A stretch of 63,652 nt of DNA, filler included, from Thraustochytrium aureum (GCA_012862495.1; 4 parts of 2 records of this genome joined end to end with filler, not necessarily neighbours in it); one strand, 5' to 3'; numbered from the whole stretch's first letter, positions 1-13,100 are shown. A program made the numbers and translations. Notes: generated by a model not told the origin, from the letters alone.

Positions 1-526
1 CTTCCGAGACGCGCCTGCAGAGGCCGCGTGGCGGCGCGAGCTAGGCTTTCGGATTGACGAGTTTCGAGTTGCTGGGTGGATTCTCGACCAGCACGAAGAG
101 GCGCGCCCAGCTTCGCTCTCACTTGTTCGCAGAATGGCTGGCCACGATTATTTTGGCGTTTTTGCAACGCTCGAGAGTGTGGCGCTCTCCAAGGCGTCAA
201 CCCCACAAGCGGCGTCGTGTGCGCTCGAGTGCGCCGCTGAGGCTCTGCAGGTCTTGCGCGACAAGTGTCCAGCACCCGCCTCGGCAACCAACCCGCGACC
301 ACCGTCTCGCTTGCCTGAGCTGAGCGATAAAGAGTGCGACGAGGCGATTGCTATTATGAGGGCCGCAAAGACTTTTCGGGAGCGGCTGGTCGGGGTCGCC
401 AAAATTGTTGCGGCTCGGCGCCGGTTGTGGGTTGAAGCTCCAGCCGACTTTAGGTCAGCTGGGACGGTGCTTGACAAGCTTATCGTCCTCTTCCGAGCCG
501 CTTCGGCCGAGCTCATGCAAGAGTAA
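1..526 (+). CDS. Hypothetical protein, 3' part (5' end outside window)
   Basis: The frame of ORF 134..526 is open from position 2 (FRDAPAEAAWRRELGF...) to TAA at 524-526. It converges on the next gene. No recognisable motif. Confidence 0.55.
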   Translation, partial: FRDAPAEAAWRRELGFRIDEFRVAGWILDQHEEARPASLSLVRRMAGHDYFGVFATLESVALSKASTPQAASCALECAAEALQVLRDKCPAPASATNPRPPSRLPELSDKECDEAIAIMRAAKTFRERLVGVAKIVAARRRLWVEAPADFRSAGTVLDKLIVLFRAASAELMQE

Positions 527-926
527 AGAGGGCGGTAGAGTGAAACGCGACATGGGAGCCCGAGCAAGTCACACGGCGCCTTCTCGGCGGACCTCGCCGC
601 CGCCGCCAAATCTGGGAGGGGGGGGGATTGAGCAGTCGACTTGCTCGCCTGTCTTGGACTCGTGCGCTCGAGCTGGTAGCTCTCTCTCTCTCTAGCTCTA
701 CTAGAGAGAGCTGGAGTTCGATTGATTCGATATGGATTTGGTGATCTGGGTTTGATTCGGATTTGATTGCTTCTACTTTGGCAGCTGCATGCGCTTTTCT
801 GCGAGCTTGGCCTGCCAAGGTCACGCCAAGAGCAGGAGGTCGCCGGTGCAAACACCTATTCGTCAAAGGCGACATACTCTCATCGCACTGTCTCTCTACC
901 AACTGCTACTCTAGAGTAGCGCTCCC

Positions 927-3900
927 TCAGTTGAGGCTCATTAGTCCCAACGTCGTCGCATTGCGCCCAAAGGACTGCTGCGGTGGCGGCGGCGTCGCGA
1001 GCGCGACTGGCTTTGAGCGGTAGTCCAACGGCCGATCTCGACGCGAGACCGTAACTGGGGATTGCGACTTGCTGAGGCGCTTTCGCGCAGTGAGCGGTGC
1101 AGTGCTCGAGCCCCGCGGAGTCTTGTGGAAAACCTTGGTGCGCTCCAAGTGACCAAAGGCCTCCCACCAGTTGTCGTCCAGCACAGAGTTGCCACGGCGC
1201 GCCTTGAACCACTGCCGCTTGCGTGGGATGCAAAAATAGTCGACAATGCGCGGCTCTTGCTCGCGGCGCTGCTTGCGGCTCCGAACGTACGCCGGAACCC
1301 ACCGGCTCGGAAACTTGGCCCCGTACGAGGCGATTTCCGGGTCCAGCTCGTCAATGTCGCTATCGCGGTTTGAGAAGTGCGCCCGCAGGAGCCGCGTCCA
1401 CGTGCTGGACCAGCGCCGGTCCTCGCGCCACTCGCGCGGCACGCGGTCAATCCCAATCACGTACGCATGAAGGTCCCCTTCCGCATCGATACGGAATCTT
1501 ACAAAGCTCTTGAAGTCGGGGCTGCGAACCGACGAGAAGGCCTCGTTCCAATGCAGCTGCAGAAAGTTCACCGAGATGAAAAGGTACAGTCCCAGCACGA
1601 GACCCACTACGTCTGCAGCGATGACAAATAGAAACAAAAAGTTGCCCGCATAGTATGCGGTCAGCTCGAAACGCGACAGCACAGGCGGCATCGCCGCGAG
1701 GCTCGCGGACACAAAGTCGGTTGCATTGGTCAATGTTTCGCCCGCGGCAGCGGCGGCGGTAGCGCCCGCAAACCGGGCGCAGGTCTCAGCACTCGCGACA
1801 GCAGAGCCAAACAACGCGGGCCGCTCCACAAGCCCGCGGCAGATTCGCACCCGCGTGGTTGCCATGTTCTCAGGCATGTCAAACACGCGCAAAATCGTTC
1901 GCAGCAGCGAGTTGAGCAGCCCAGTAGTCCACCAGGCTTCGGGCATCGTGCGCCGCTCAAAGCTTTTGAACGACTCGAAGATGCTGTCATAGCCCTGGCC
2001 AGCCAACTCGTCCCGGATGGCTACCTCGACGGCGATCTCAAGCAGTAGGAAGAGCATAATAGCAGAGAAAACGTGCACCGCCGCATGCACCACCCCAACA
2101 AGCGTCTGCCGCCAGCGACCGTAATGAAAGTCCGCAAACGAGACTGTCGCAGCGACGGTGACAAGCGTGACGAACAGCGACACGACGGAATCCGTCCACA
2201 GTTCGCCGAACACTGCCAGAGTCTCGCCCAGAAACTGAGAGATCCCGTCGGGGTAGAAGCGCGCACTCATGATGTGGTCCAGATCACAGCGCGGGAAGAA
2301 GGAAGCCACCATGAGAAAGTATGCCGTGGAGCCGACAATGTCAAACTTCCAGTTCTGGAGGCGGAAGCCCTGCCCCAAGTTTTGCATTCCAACGCGTCGG
2401 CTCTGCGCAATATTGGGGTAGTTGCGCTTGCACTTGTAGTGCGCCCCAGTCTCTTTGAACCGGGCGGGGAACGTGTGCGTCGGGTGGAGAAAGGCCCCGC
2501 CGCCGCCCGCGACGACCAGGACCGGCGCTGCCCCAGCACGCAGCGCGGACTGCCGCAGCGGCTGCTCGGCGTCGTGCCGCATGTAATTGTGTATGTCGCC
2601 GGCGATCCGCATCGCCACGCGCCCTCGCAGGTGGCGCCGCATCAGCTGCTTGAGATTCTTGGACGACTTTGCAATCGGCTGGTCCTCTGGGTGCGGGTGG
2701 TTCAGATACGCGTCAAGCACCCACGTGGGCTCATGCGAAGCAAGGATGACTTGGTCAGCTTCGCCCACCTGCTGGCTCGCGATCGACGCAAAGTACTGGT
2801 ATTGAAGCCCGTCAATGTCCTCGTTGAGCCCAAAGTCCATCGCAAAGAGCCACCACCCGTGCGGGAGCTTGAGAGCAAAGTACGACTTGGTCTGCGGCAT
2901 GCGCCAGCCGCCCAGCCAGTCCCGGTAGCAGATGCACTGCATGTATGTGTCGAGGCCGTCAAACCAGTCGTGGTTGCCCGGGATGGCAAAGACGCAGGGT
3001 GGGCCGCTCCGCGTCTTGGGCGACCCGCTGCCATCGGCCGCTCCGTTGCGCGGCGCATCGCCGCGCCCAGCCAACGACGACCCGCTGGCGGCGCTCTGGC
3101 TCACCCCGGTGCTCGAGCCTCCGCTGCTCTTAAGTGCGGTGGCATTGTGCGAGCAACTTGAAGCGTCGTCGCAGCTGCAGGTCGAGGACGCGCTCGTGGC
3201 GGCCGAATTCAGCGAGTTGGTGGACCCGCCAATTTGAAACATCGCCCCGCTGCTCTGGTGGCTGATCCCCTTGCGCAGCGGCCGCGACCCGCTCCCGACC
3301 CGCGTGCTGTTGGAACTGAACAACGCCGAGTCGTCAACGGTTCCCGAGCGTCGCCCGTCCCGCCGGCGCGCGCCCCTGGAAAACGAGTCACCAACCTGGC
3401 CCAAGTCGGCCTTGCCAACTTCATCGGCCTTGACGAAGCTCAGTCGGCTGGTAAGCACGTACCCGCTCTCCTCTGCGTTGGTGGTCGCGATGTCGTCACG
3501 GTGGTACGAAGGCGGCGGCTCCATCGCATACTCAAATGGGACGAAGAGGCGCTGGTCGTACTCTTTTATGGATGGCGTTGGGTAAGCCAGATCGCCCCCG
3601 ATGACCAAGAGATCGCCGCGCTTGAGGTGCTCGAGCTTTACCGCTCCCTCTCGCACCTCGGATCCCGCGGCATTCGAGCTCCCGGGACCGTCGCTCGGGC
3701 TTGCTCCGGCAGGGTCTTGCTCCTTGTCGCGTTGCGCCTGCGAGAATGCGGGCAGCGCAAGCTCGGGCTGCGCCACAGCGCGCGCTATCGCATACGTCGG
3801 GTTCCCGCCGTCGCCCGTGTCAGCGAGCCAGTCGAACCACAATTCGTCCAGGTCGGCGTACCGCGCGTCATAAGTAGGCCGGTGGCCGGCCCTCTTGCGG

Positions 3901-5292
3901 CGCGCAGCTTTTGCACCTCTCCGGCGCGCCACGCGCTTGCGTTCGCCCTCATCGTCGGTTCCGTCGTCACCGTCGAGTGGGGACCACTCAAATCCTTCGC
4001 CTTGCCCTCCCTCGACGCTTTCCCGTCGCTCGAGCCGTTGCTCTCGGAAGGGTTGTAGTTCTCTGGAAGTGCCGCTTGCAAGGTGCGCATGTCGAAGCGG
4101 CCAAGGAAGAGCTTCATGGAGATGAGGAGCTGAAACGCCGTCTCCGTGACGGCGAGCGAGTACCATTCAGCCATGGGCATGAGGTTTTTGGGCGACTTGC
4201 AAGGCCTCCGTTGCAGTAGCGACTCGCTGGGCCCCAACTTGCTTCCAGAGTCTGGCGGAAGGGGCGAGCTCGGCTCGCAGGGGAGGCCTTCCGCGTCGAC
4301 GTCCTGTTCGTACTCGTCCTCGCTGGCCTCGTCGTCGTCCTCATCCTCGTCGCGAGCGGCCGACTCGACCGCCTTGAGGTTGTCCGAGCTGCTGCTGAGG
4401 ATGCGCTGTCGCTTGCGGCGCACGGCGCGCTCGTGAAGCGTCTGGTTGATGCGCTTGGTGCGGCGCAGCGTGTAGTAGGTGGCCCATAGGGCCACCCCGG
4501 AGAGCCACAGCAGGCCAAGCGGGCTCTCCAAGAGCGACAGCCGGCCAAGGTCAAAGCCCAGCACGCGGAAGATGAGGTCGCCGTCGTCGCCCCAGTACCC
4601 ATCGATGGGCGGGAGCAGCGTACTGCAAACCGCGTCCGAAATTGCTGTTACCAGGTTGTCCGGGCGCGCGACGCCGCCACCACTAGCAGGGTCGCAGACC
4701 ACGCCAGCTCCGACACGACCCGGCTCGGCGCCCGCAGCGCACTTTGCCTCGGGCATCGTTTCGCAGTACGCAAAGAGCGTGCTCAGCAGGCCGGAGAGCA
4801 CGATGCTGGCCTTCAGGATGGTCTTGAAAGAGCGCATTGACCTCAACGCCGGGACCCAGAGCGTCTCAGCGAGCTTGGGCGAGCAGAGGCCAAGCGCCCA
4901 GGCAAACACGTGGTGCGCCATCGTGAACGCGGCCAGCGTGATGTGTGTCACGACAAGGAGCAGGATGAACGCAGACGTGAAAAGGATGCTCGGGTGGTCC
5001 TCCACCTTGCTTGACCCTAGTGGCGTGTGCAGCACTGCCGCAGCGAACAGCCAAATCAGGATCCCGACGCGAAGGTCCATGTACACCGAGTGCTTGCTCG
5101 AAATCAACGGCACGGCCATATTGTAAAAAACACGACCAACCCGAGCACAATCGCGAGCCACCTCACCGAGTGATTGCTCTTCCGCTCCCCATCTGCCACC
5201 TCGATCTCCGTCTTCTCCGTGAACAGCCCGGCCAGCCACACCCCGAGCCTGCCGAGGCTCTCTGGCAGGGCCGGTTTCGCCGCGCCGGCCAT
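927..5292 (-). CDS. Multi-pass membrane calcineurin-like metallophosphoesterase (plant At4g11800-like family); 2 apparent frameshifts (~5128, ~4020)
   Basis: Joins ORFs 5104..5292, 3785..5359 and 927..4166. Motifs: FLGRFDMRTLQAA, WFDWLADTGDGGN, GGDLAYP, IPGNHDWFDGL, HEPTW, AGDIHNY, GGGGAFLHPTH, HWNEAFSS. Several hydrophobic helices at both ends. Confidence 0.85.
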
Positions 5293-5776
5293 CCTCCAGT
5301 CCGTTTCGAGCCTCCGCCGAGCCGGCCCGCAGCGCGCGCCCTAGGCCGTGCCGAGACAAGCCGTGCCGCCAGGACCTCCTCGAGCGCCGCTGGCTGCTCC
5401 AGCCGCTGCCGCCGCTGCCGCCGCTGCCGCCGCTGCCGCGTTCGGGGTCTGCCCGCCTGCTGCCTGCCTGCCTGCCTGCCCCTCTATTCCCGCCCGCTCG
5501 CCTACTTTAACAACCCGTCTCCGGAGAAACCCCACAAAGCCGCATACCCCGCATCAAAAGATTCGCCGGCGGTCTCGTTCCGCAATGCAATAGATTGCTT
5601 CGGATATATCGGGGTATGTAGAGTATAAAGGGGGCGTGAGGGAGGGCGAAGGAGAACAAGCAGGACGCGGAGAAGGGGAAACGGAGAGTGTAGTTCAGGT
5701 TGCGGCAGCGGAGGCGGTGGTGGAGGCGGTTGGGGCTGGCGGTGGTGCGCCGGCCGTGGGCTTGGGCCTGGAGAGC

Positions 5777-6868
5777 ATGGCAGAGGTGCAGCGAATCGCG
5801 ACGTTCGTGGACGGGTTTCATGATGCGCAGGTTGTCGGACGAATGCCGTACAGGCAACTCCGGCCGGGCCTGAATGTGTCCGTGGTCGCGCTTGGAGGCA
5901 GCGCGTTTGGGGAGGTGTTCGGTGCTTGCTCGCAAGAGGAGGTCGACGAGGTTGTGCTCACGGCTGTCAGAGGTGGGGTGAACTTGATTGATACGGCGTA
6001 CTGGTACGGCCATGGCGTCTCAGAGGCGCGGCTTGGGAAGGCGCTGAGCAAGCTGCCGCGCAGCGCGTACTATCTGCACTCCAAGTGCTGCCGGTATGAG
6101 AAAGCGGTCTCGAAAATGTTTGACTTCTCCGCGGAGCGCACTTTACGAGCCGTCGACGAAAGCCTCGCGCGGCTCGGAGTGGAGTACCTCGACTGCATGC
6201 AGGTTCACGACCCCGAGTACGCGCCTTCCATCGACGTCATCCTGAACGAGACCCTCCCTGCGCTTCAAAAGGCCAAGGACGCCGGCAAGATACGCGCGAT
6301 TGGCATGACGGGTTACCCGCTAGCAATCCACCGCCAGGTGCTCGAGCGCTCCGCAGTGCAGATCGACACCTGCCTCACCTACTGCCATTACTCGCTTAAC
6401 GACGCTACTCTGCTTGACGGCGACTTTGTGGGCATGCTGAAGAGCCGCGGCGTCGGCTTGATCAACGCCAGCCCCCTCTCCATGGGCCTGCTCACCGAGC
6501 GAGGCCCTCCCGCGTGGCACCCAGCCTCGGAGGAGGTCAAAGGCGTGTGCCGCAAAGCAGTCGAGCTCTGCAAGGCTCGTGGCGTCAGCATTGAAAAGCT
6601 TGCCATGAACTTTTCGCTCCGCGAGCAGCAGATCCCGACCACGCTCGTGAGCACCACGAGCGCAAAGTACATGGCTAGCAACCTTGAGGCCGCCTACGAG
6701 CTCGGGAGCCTAACGCAGCTCGAGCGGGAGACCCAGAGCGAGATTCGGCGGCTTTTGTTCGAGCCCATGGCAAAGCCCTCCTGGGAAGGCGTCGAAGTCG
6801 CCCAGTATTGGGACTTGCTTGAGCGGAACAAACGCGGCGAGGACGTCGGCACGCTTTCCACTCTGTGA
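5777..6868 (+). CDS. Aldo/keto reductase, L-galactose dehydrogenase / D-threo-aldose 1-dehydrogenase-like
   Basis: First in-frame ATG at 5777. AKR motifs: GVNLIDTAYWYG, SKCCRY, SLARLGVEYLDCMQVHD, GKIRAIGMTG, ASPLSMGLLTERGPPAWHPA. Confidence 0.88.
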   Translation: MAEVQRIATFVDGFHDAQVVGRMPYRQLRPGLNVSVVALGGSAFGEVFGACSQEEVDEVVLTAVRGGVNLIDTAYWYGHGVSEARLGKALSKLPRSAYYLHSKCCRYEKAVSKMFDFSAERTLRAVDESLARLGVEYLDCMQVHDPEYAPSIDVILNETLPALQKAKDAGKIRAIGMTGYPLAIHRQVLERSAVQIDTCLTYCHYSLNDATLLDGDFVGMLKSRGVGLINASPLSMGLLTERGPPAWHPASEEVKGVCRKAVELCKARGVSIEKLAMNFSLREQQIPTTLVSTTSAKYMASNLEAAYELGSLTQLERETQSEIRRLLFEPMAKPSWEGVEVAQYWDLLERNKRGEDVGTLSTL

Positions 6869-7171
6869 AGAGACGCCCAGCGTTTGGCAACAATTTTACT
6901 TGACGTGGACGGGGCACGTGCATTCGCTAGCACAGTACGAGCGCCCAACTCGCGGTTATGCAAAACGAGACGCGCGCTCGGCTGCGGCTTCGGGCCTGTT
7001 TCGGGCTGGGCGCCAGGGATAATAATTCTTGCTTCGAACGCCGATCGGCGCTGCGTCGCCAACTGGCGGCAAATAAATACGAGCAGAGGCCGCAGATGGG
7101 AGGGATGCGCCTCCAGTGCCGCGCACTGTCGAACGCACGCCGCTCAACGCCAGGCGGTGCTCTTTTTTCGA

Positions 7172-9048
7172 CTACTTGAGGCCGTGCTTTTGCTTCGCCA
7201 GGTCGATCAGCGTGCGATGATCCACGAGCTGTACATCCGGGTGCGCGGCGGCGAGGTGCGCCGCGTACTCGAGAAAGTCTTTGTTGTGAATTCCCCAGGA
7301 AATGTCGAACACGAAGTTGAGACTGCCCTTCGCCTGGGAAGCAACAACCTGCGCCATCTCTTCAACGGAAAACCTCTTGCCGTTTGCAGATTGCTCGCCG
7401 CGCAGCCCATCCCACCGCGTCAGCTCCTGGAAGACGACCACGCCCTTGGTCGGGTCGCGGCGGTCCCGATAGACTTGATCTGACTTGTAGCCCAGCGTGA
7501 CGAACGGAGCGTTCTCGTTCGGGCTCAGGAGCCACGGCGCGGCCGAGAAGAAGATCGCCTCGATGGACGACCCAATAAAGCCGCGGATGTACTCGCGGTG
7601 CTTGGTTGTGGCAAACTGGAAAAAGAAGTCCCACAAGATGGTGGCCCGGATCCCAAGCGCTTGCGCAACCTCAATAGTGGCTGCGCGTTGCTGCTCCAAG
7701 CCGTGCGCGTCTTTGGCGGCAGCTGGGTAAAAGTACGTGGCCCCCGACGGGGGGAGGAGGAAGCTGTCCGGCGCGTTAGGGTACGAGTTGACAATGTCGT
7801 AGTAAGACCGGATCGCCGCGGACGCGACCTTCGTGTTGCCCGAGATCGTCCACGCCCGCGGCGGGCAGGGCGACGAGGCGTTGGCGCACATGGCGCGCCG
7901 TTCAGCCAAATAGTCGAACGTGGCACCAAGGAGGTCGAGATTATCCCCGTCGCTCACGATGTGGCAGACGTACCGCATGTTCGGGTCATACCTGAGCCGC
8001 GGAAACGGCGGCTGCGCTACGCTCTGACTCGGCGAGATTGCGGTTTCCGGCGCAGCGCGTTGCACAGAGAGGATCAGCGAGAGGGAGTCGGCAATGTCTG
8101 ACGCCGAAACCCCCATCGTCTTGTTACGCGTGCAGAACCCCGTGGACTCCATGAGCCCCGGAGCAAAGCCCATCATGGTCAAGGGCCGCTTGGACACGTC
8201 CCAGTGCGCACTGCTCGTCAGGTCGAGGAACGGCTTGAGACCGTTTCGAGCTGCCACCGCCTCGGCAAGCGCGTTTATCGGAACCAGGTTGTACTCGATG
8301 CACTTCGCTGGGAGGTCGTCCACGAACACGACGACCATTCTCTCCATAGCGATGAAGGGAACGATCTTGCCCTCCGGAGGCCGAAACGCAAACGTCAAAT
8401 TGTTGGAGCTTGCGAGCAGCGCTTCCAGCGTGAATTTCGTGGCCTGGCTGTATGACTCAAAGTACCCGCCAGCCAGCGTATCGTTGCGGGCCTCTCGAAA
8501 GTCGAAGCGAGCGGGAGGGCCTCGATCGCATCCCCAAGCGCCGCGAGTGCTTTGGCAAATACGGGGTCTCCCGACCCTTCAGGCAGCAGGTCGTGTATGC
8601 CGGCAGCGCTAATCGCGAGGTTCTCCGAGATGTGGTTCCCGTAGTCGTAGAGAACGCGGCCTTTGAGCAGCCCACGGGTCAGGGCAAGCTTCAAGGCATC
8701 CAGTGGGTCGGCCGGCACAACCTTCATTCTGAGCTTGTCAGCCCAAGCCGCGTCGCTCAAGCAGTCGGCCGTCGGAGCGCCGCGGTTCAACAGCCCAACA
8801 GCCACGCCCGTGGCGATGGAGCTCGCGCACTCTACAACCAAGATCTCCCTCGCTCCATTCTCGAGCTGCAGGGTCGGCGACAGCCATTGCCGTTCGCCGC
8901 TGGGCGTCCCGGCGCCAGCCCCGCGCACCGCAGCAGCACGCCCGCTGGCCATCTCTTCCGCCGCATTCTCTCCAAGCGCGAGCAGTCCCAGCACAAGGAA
9001 GAGCAGAGTTGCGCCGGCAAGGACGAGCGCCTTTCCAGCGCTGCACAT
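7172..9048 (-). CDS. GxGYxYP-family putative glycoside hydrolase / deacetylase-like protein with an N-terminal membrane anchor; frameshift ~8510
   Basis: ATG at 9048 followed by a hydrophobic helix (ALVLAGATLLFLVLGLLAL). C-terminal YVCHIVSDGDNL, WTIS and DSFLLPPSGATYFYP resemble the GxGYxYP C-terminal domain. Confidence 0.7.
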
Positions 9049-9143
9049 CACCCCCCCAGCAGCCGGGGGCGGCCCAGGCGCCTTGCGCGGTCCTTGTGCG
9101 CTCGGCAGCCAGTTCACGGTCGAGCGCAGGCGTGCCGTCCCGT

Positions 9144-9151
9144 GCTGCTGC

Positions 9152-9192
<41 letters not shown>
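9144..9192. repeat. (CTG)n / (CAG)n microsatellite upstream of the GxGYxYP gene
   Basis: About 16 near-perfect CTG units visible. Confidence 0.9.
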
Positions 9193-9193
<1 letters not shown>

Positions 9194-10123
9194 GCCTCGA
9201 TGCGGGCCTGACGTGGCCCAGTTGACGCAGAGCAAACACGCCGCCGCTGTCAACCCTCTCTTTTTCCCACCCTTTGGTGCGCGTTTTTCATAGCACGCAG
9301 CCTTTCAAGAGTGGACTCCAAATGGTGACTACTGTAGAGTAGAGTACCTACGGTACTTACTCTCCTGGAAGAGGCTGGCCTCCGAGTCCAGCTGGGTTTG
9401 CCGGCGCGAANNNNNNNNNNNNNNNNNNNNNNNNNNNNNNNNNNNNNNNNNNNNNNNNNNNNNNNNNNNNNNNNNNNNNNNNNNNNNNNNNNNNNNNNNN
9501 NNNNNNNNNNNNNNNNNNNNNNNNNNNNNNNNNNNNNNNNNNNNNNNNNNNNNNNNNNNNNNNNNNNNNNNNNNNNNNNNNNNNNNNNNNNNNNNNNNNN
9601 NNNNNNNNNNNNNNNNNNNNNNNNNNNNNNNNNNNNNNNNNNNNNNNNNNNNNNNNNNNNNNNNNNNNNNNNNNNNNNNNNNNNNNNNNNNNNNNNNNNN
9701 NNNNNNNNNNNNNNNNNNNNNNNNNNNNNNNNNNNNNNNNNNNNNNNNNNNNNNNNNNNNNNNNNNNNNGTGAACCGCCCTCGCGGAATAAACGATACGA
9801 TTTGTTTCTCCGCGTATGGGGGAATTTTGCAGGAGGTACTCTCGGGTAAACTCGGTCGATGTGGCCCACAGCGCTGCCCCGCGTGCACCGTAGGAAGCTA
9901 TACTACAACGATCGGAATTACCTGTGGTTCAAATGAACGAGTTCTATTTCCCCGTAAGTGCGATAAGGTGGCGAGAGCTGCGCACAGGAATTTCCGTTGC
10001 AGGCGGCAGCAGAGCCCGAACGAGGACAGCTGAGGCAGGCAGGCAGCAAGGCAGGCAGGCAGCAAGGCAGGCAGCAAGGCAGGCAGGCAGCAAGGCCCTC
10101 GGCCGCGACGCGTTGACGGATGG

Positions 10124-13100
10124 ATGGGCTCGTGGAGCGGGCTCCTGTCGGCCAAGAGGCTCCGACTGGTGCAGAACCTGGTCGCGGAGGCGGAGAAGCG
10201 CGAAGGCGTGAGGGACCTGGCACTGCTGGTCGTGCCCGGAGTGGACGGCAAATACAATGCAAACTCGCAGCGGCTGGTGAAGTACCTTTTTCTTGGTGCG
10301 GCCGGGGAAGAGCTGCTCGAGCCCACCATTGGCGAGGAGCACGAGGCGCTGGAAGACTGCGTTTTGGCCATCGCCGCAAAGGGCGTCAGCGTGTATTACG
10401 GCCCGAAGGCGCGCAAGCTGATGGGCTGCCTCGTTGCGCAGTGGCCCGGCCTGCAGGAGTTTCGCCTCCTTGAGGGCGAGTTCGGCGGGGACGCCGCGCT
10501 CGAGGAGCGCTTCAAGATCGAGAGCTTTATCAAGATGCTCGACAGCCACCAGACCGTGGCGGTGCCAACCAAGTCCGCGGAGCTGGAGAACCACGAAACG
10601 TTCCCGCTCGTGCAGGCGTACGGCTTGGACGAGTTTGGAACGGGTGGGTTCCTGTCTTCGCAAAAGCGCATCATGCACCTCGGCGACGCGCTTGAACCCT
10701 TGTGGTCGCACGCGGACGACGTGGCGGCCCAGGGGAGCCAACGCAGCCCAGCTACTCTTGCAGCACTGGAGCACGAGCCTCCGCCTCGTCAGCAAGCAAC
10801 TCCGCGAGCGCGGCGAACTCGATTTGGCCAACCCGGAAACGAGCGCGGTGGAGCCGCTTCTTAGCCTCTTCGATTTCGGCAGCATTCGCGTGCCTGAGCT
10901 GTGCACCAAGGCCGAGTCCCGTACAGGTGGGTCGAGCGCCACTCTGTCCACCGATGGCCGCCGCCTCAGCGTGCGCGGCGAGGACCCCGCCAGCACAGTG
11001 CGCGCTGCTCGCGAGTACTTTGTCGGCGCCTCGCAAGGATGCGGAATGGCCCGCCTTTACGGCGCACTGGTAACAGCGCAGCGCACGGTGCTGGAGCAGG
11101 TTGCGCTCGCCTCGGACCGGGAGTCGTTCGCCCCGATCTGCGACCCTTCGCGCGCGCGAGCAGAGCGCAGACTGCAGTCNNNNNNNNNNNNNNNNNNNNN
11201 NNNNNNNNNNNNNNNNNNNNNNNNNNNNNNNNNNNNNNNNNNNNNNNNNNNNNNNNNNNNNNNNNNNNNNNTCCAGCTCGACCAAGGTGCCCTCGAGGTT
11301 TCACTCGAGACCTTTGATTTGGCTGGCCAGGACGCGAGCCGCTGGACGAGCGCTGACGCCAGCGTCGGCTTCGAGGTGGACGCCCTTCACTACCTCGAGG
11401 TGCGGCTCCGTGCCCCTAGCGGCGAGCAGCTTTGCGTGGGCGACACCGTGGTGGCCCCGCGCAGGGCCCAGGTGACCAACCTGACCGTCTCGGTCCCCGC
11501 GCTGCTCTCCTTTGAGACTGCTGAGGAGGCTGCCCGCGCGGCAAACCGCGTCGAACAGCTCGGGAACCCAGCGCAGTTGCGCCGGCGGACGCGATGCTCT
11601 GCCTATTTCGGGCGCAACATTCTCAGAGCCAACCTTGGCCGGATTGAAGGCATGGTGAGCCTCTTCGAATTCGGTTTCGCGTTCGAGCACGTCGGCGGAA
11701 CCGAGGTTGTCGATCTGCGGGCTGAGTCTGAGCCGCGCACCTTGGTCACTTGGAACGCCACAAAGGAGCGCAGCGCGGACTGCTCCATTGTCGCCGTCGA
11801 GGCCGACGACGTGCTCAGCCCTTGCCTCGCCGACCTGAACTGCGGTCTGTGCTCGCACGTTGGGCTCTTGGCGGAAGGCCACGCCGGCCTCGCTGAAGCG
11901 GCGCACTCGTACCGCGACGCCGGGCTCGTCCAGTTTGCGGACAGGAGCGGGGAAGCTGCAGCCGAGCGCTGCTTCTTAGGAACAGATCTGGCTCGCGCAG
12001 TTGAGGGTGCGCGCGTGTCGGCTTCCGCCATCGAAGAATCCAAAGCAGCGGAGAATGAGGCGGGCCGCGAGGCGGGATATGAGCGCCTATATATCGTTGC
12101 TGGGCCGCCTGGCGCGGGCAAGCAAGCTGTGGCGCACGCGATGAGCGAGCGCTTGGGAGCGCGCCTGATCCAGAACGACGTCATCCACGGAGCAGTGTTT
12201 GACGCCGCGCGGCTCCGTAAGCAGCTTGCCAAGCTAGGCGCCAGCGCTCGCCAAGTGTTGGTCGTCCTCGCCCCGGGCGACACGTCGCCCGAGGCGGTCT
12301 GGGAAGCAATCAGCGAATCGGTGGAGGCGAACACGCGCGTGTCGGCAGTGGCGGTCGTCAGCCCGCAGACCGCGTTCCGGGACGAGCGAGCGACCAACCT
12401 CGTGCCTGGGCTCCTCTCGTCTTGCCAGCGCGGTGCGGTCCACACAGTGGTCCTCACTGGCGCGAACGCGATCCGCGAAGAAGAGGCAGACGAACTACAA
12501 GATCGCCTTCGTCACTGGAATGCCGAAGCTGAGCTGTTTCGAGCTGGGCTTGCAGAGCCGTGGAACGCTGGTGTCGTCCTGAACGACGACTTTTGGGACC
12601 ACCAGCAGCGGGTCCTGAAGCAGCGGCGGTTCAATCCGTCTCAAGCTGCCGATGTTCAAGGCGAGATCGAGTCGCGCGTTGTCCTCTCGACAGAAGCGAC
12701 CTTGTCCCGAAAGCGGCTTGAGCTGGCGTTGCGACGATTGACTCGCCCCGACAACTTTGCTGCGGTCGTTGCGTCTGCTGCCCCACAGGTCGCGCCGCCA
12801 GGTGGAAACAGCGAGAACCTGGGTGGCGCAGCAGCAAACCGTCGCCCGCGCCTCGGGCTACGGGCCGCCCAGGAGTTGGCCAGGCAAAAGGTACTCGCAG
12901 GACAGCAAGACGGGCTGGACCTGGCCGACGTCATCGCGCTCGAACTTCCAACAGGCTATGTTGCCGCTGTGAGCGGCACGGTGGTGTTCGAGCAGCCTCC
13001 CGAGAAGGTTTTTGCGGTCTCTGCGGCTCACGGGCTCGTGCGCTTCAAGCAGCTCACGAAGGCGGAGATGGGGCGGCTGACGCGAACAGAGGCGAGCAGA

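Noticed and set aside
2073..3161. Long antisense ORFs (also 17425..19290, 27963..29429, 55119..56477, 60943..62745)
   Set aside because: Shadow ORFs produced by high GC3 on the opposite coding strand, with no motifs.
4015..4030. GGGAAAG programmed -1 slippery site in the phosphoesterase gene
   Set aside because: It is not in the X XXY YYZ register of the upstream frame. A dropped A explains the shift more simply.
5636..5776. GTG-initiated N-terminal extension of the aldo/keto reductase, and similar non-ATG extensions in the ORF track
   Set aside because: Eukaryotic context and low-complexity leader. Homology begins at the first ATG.
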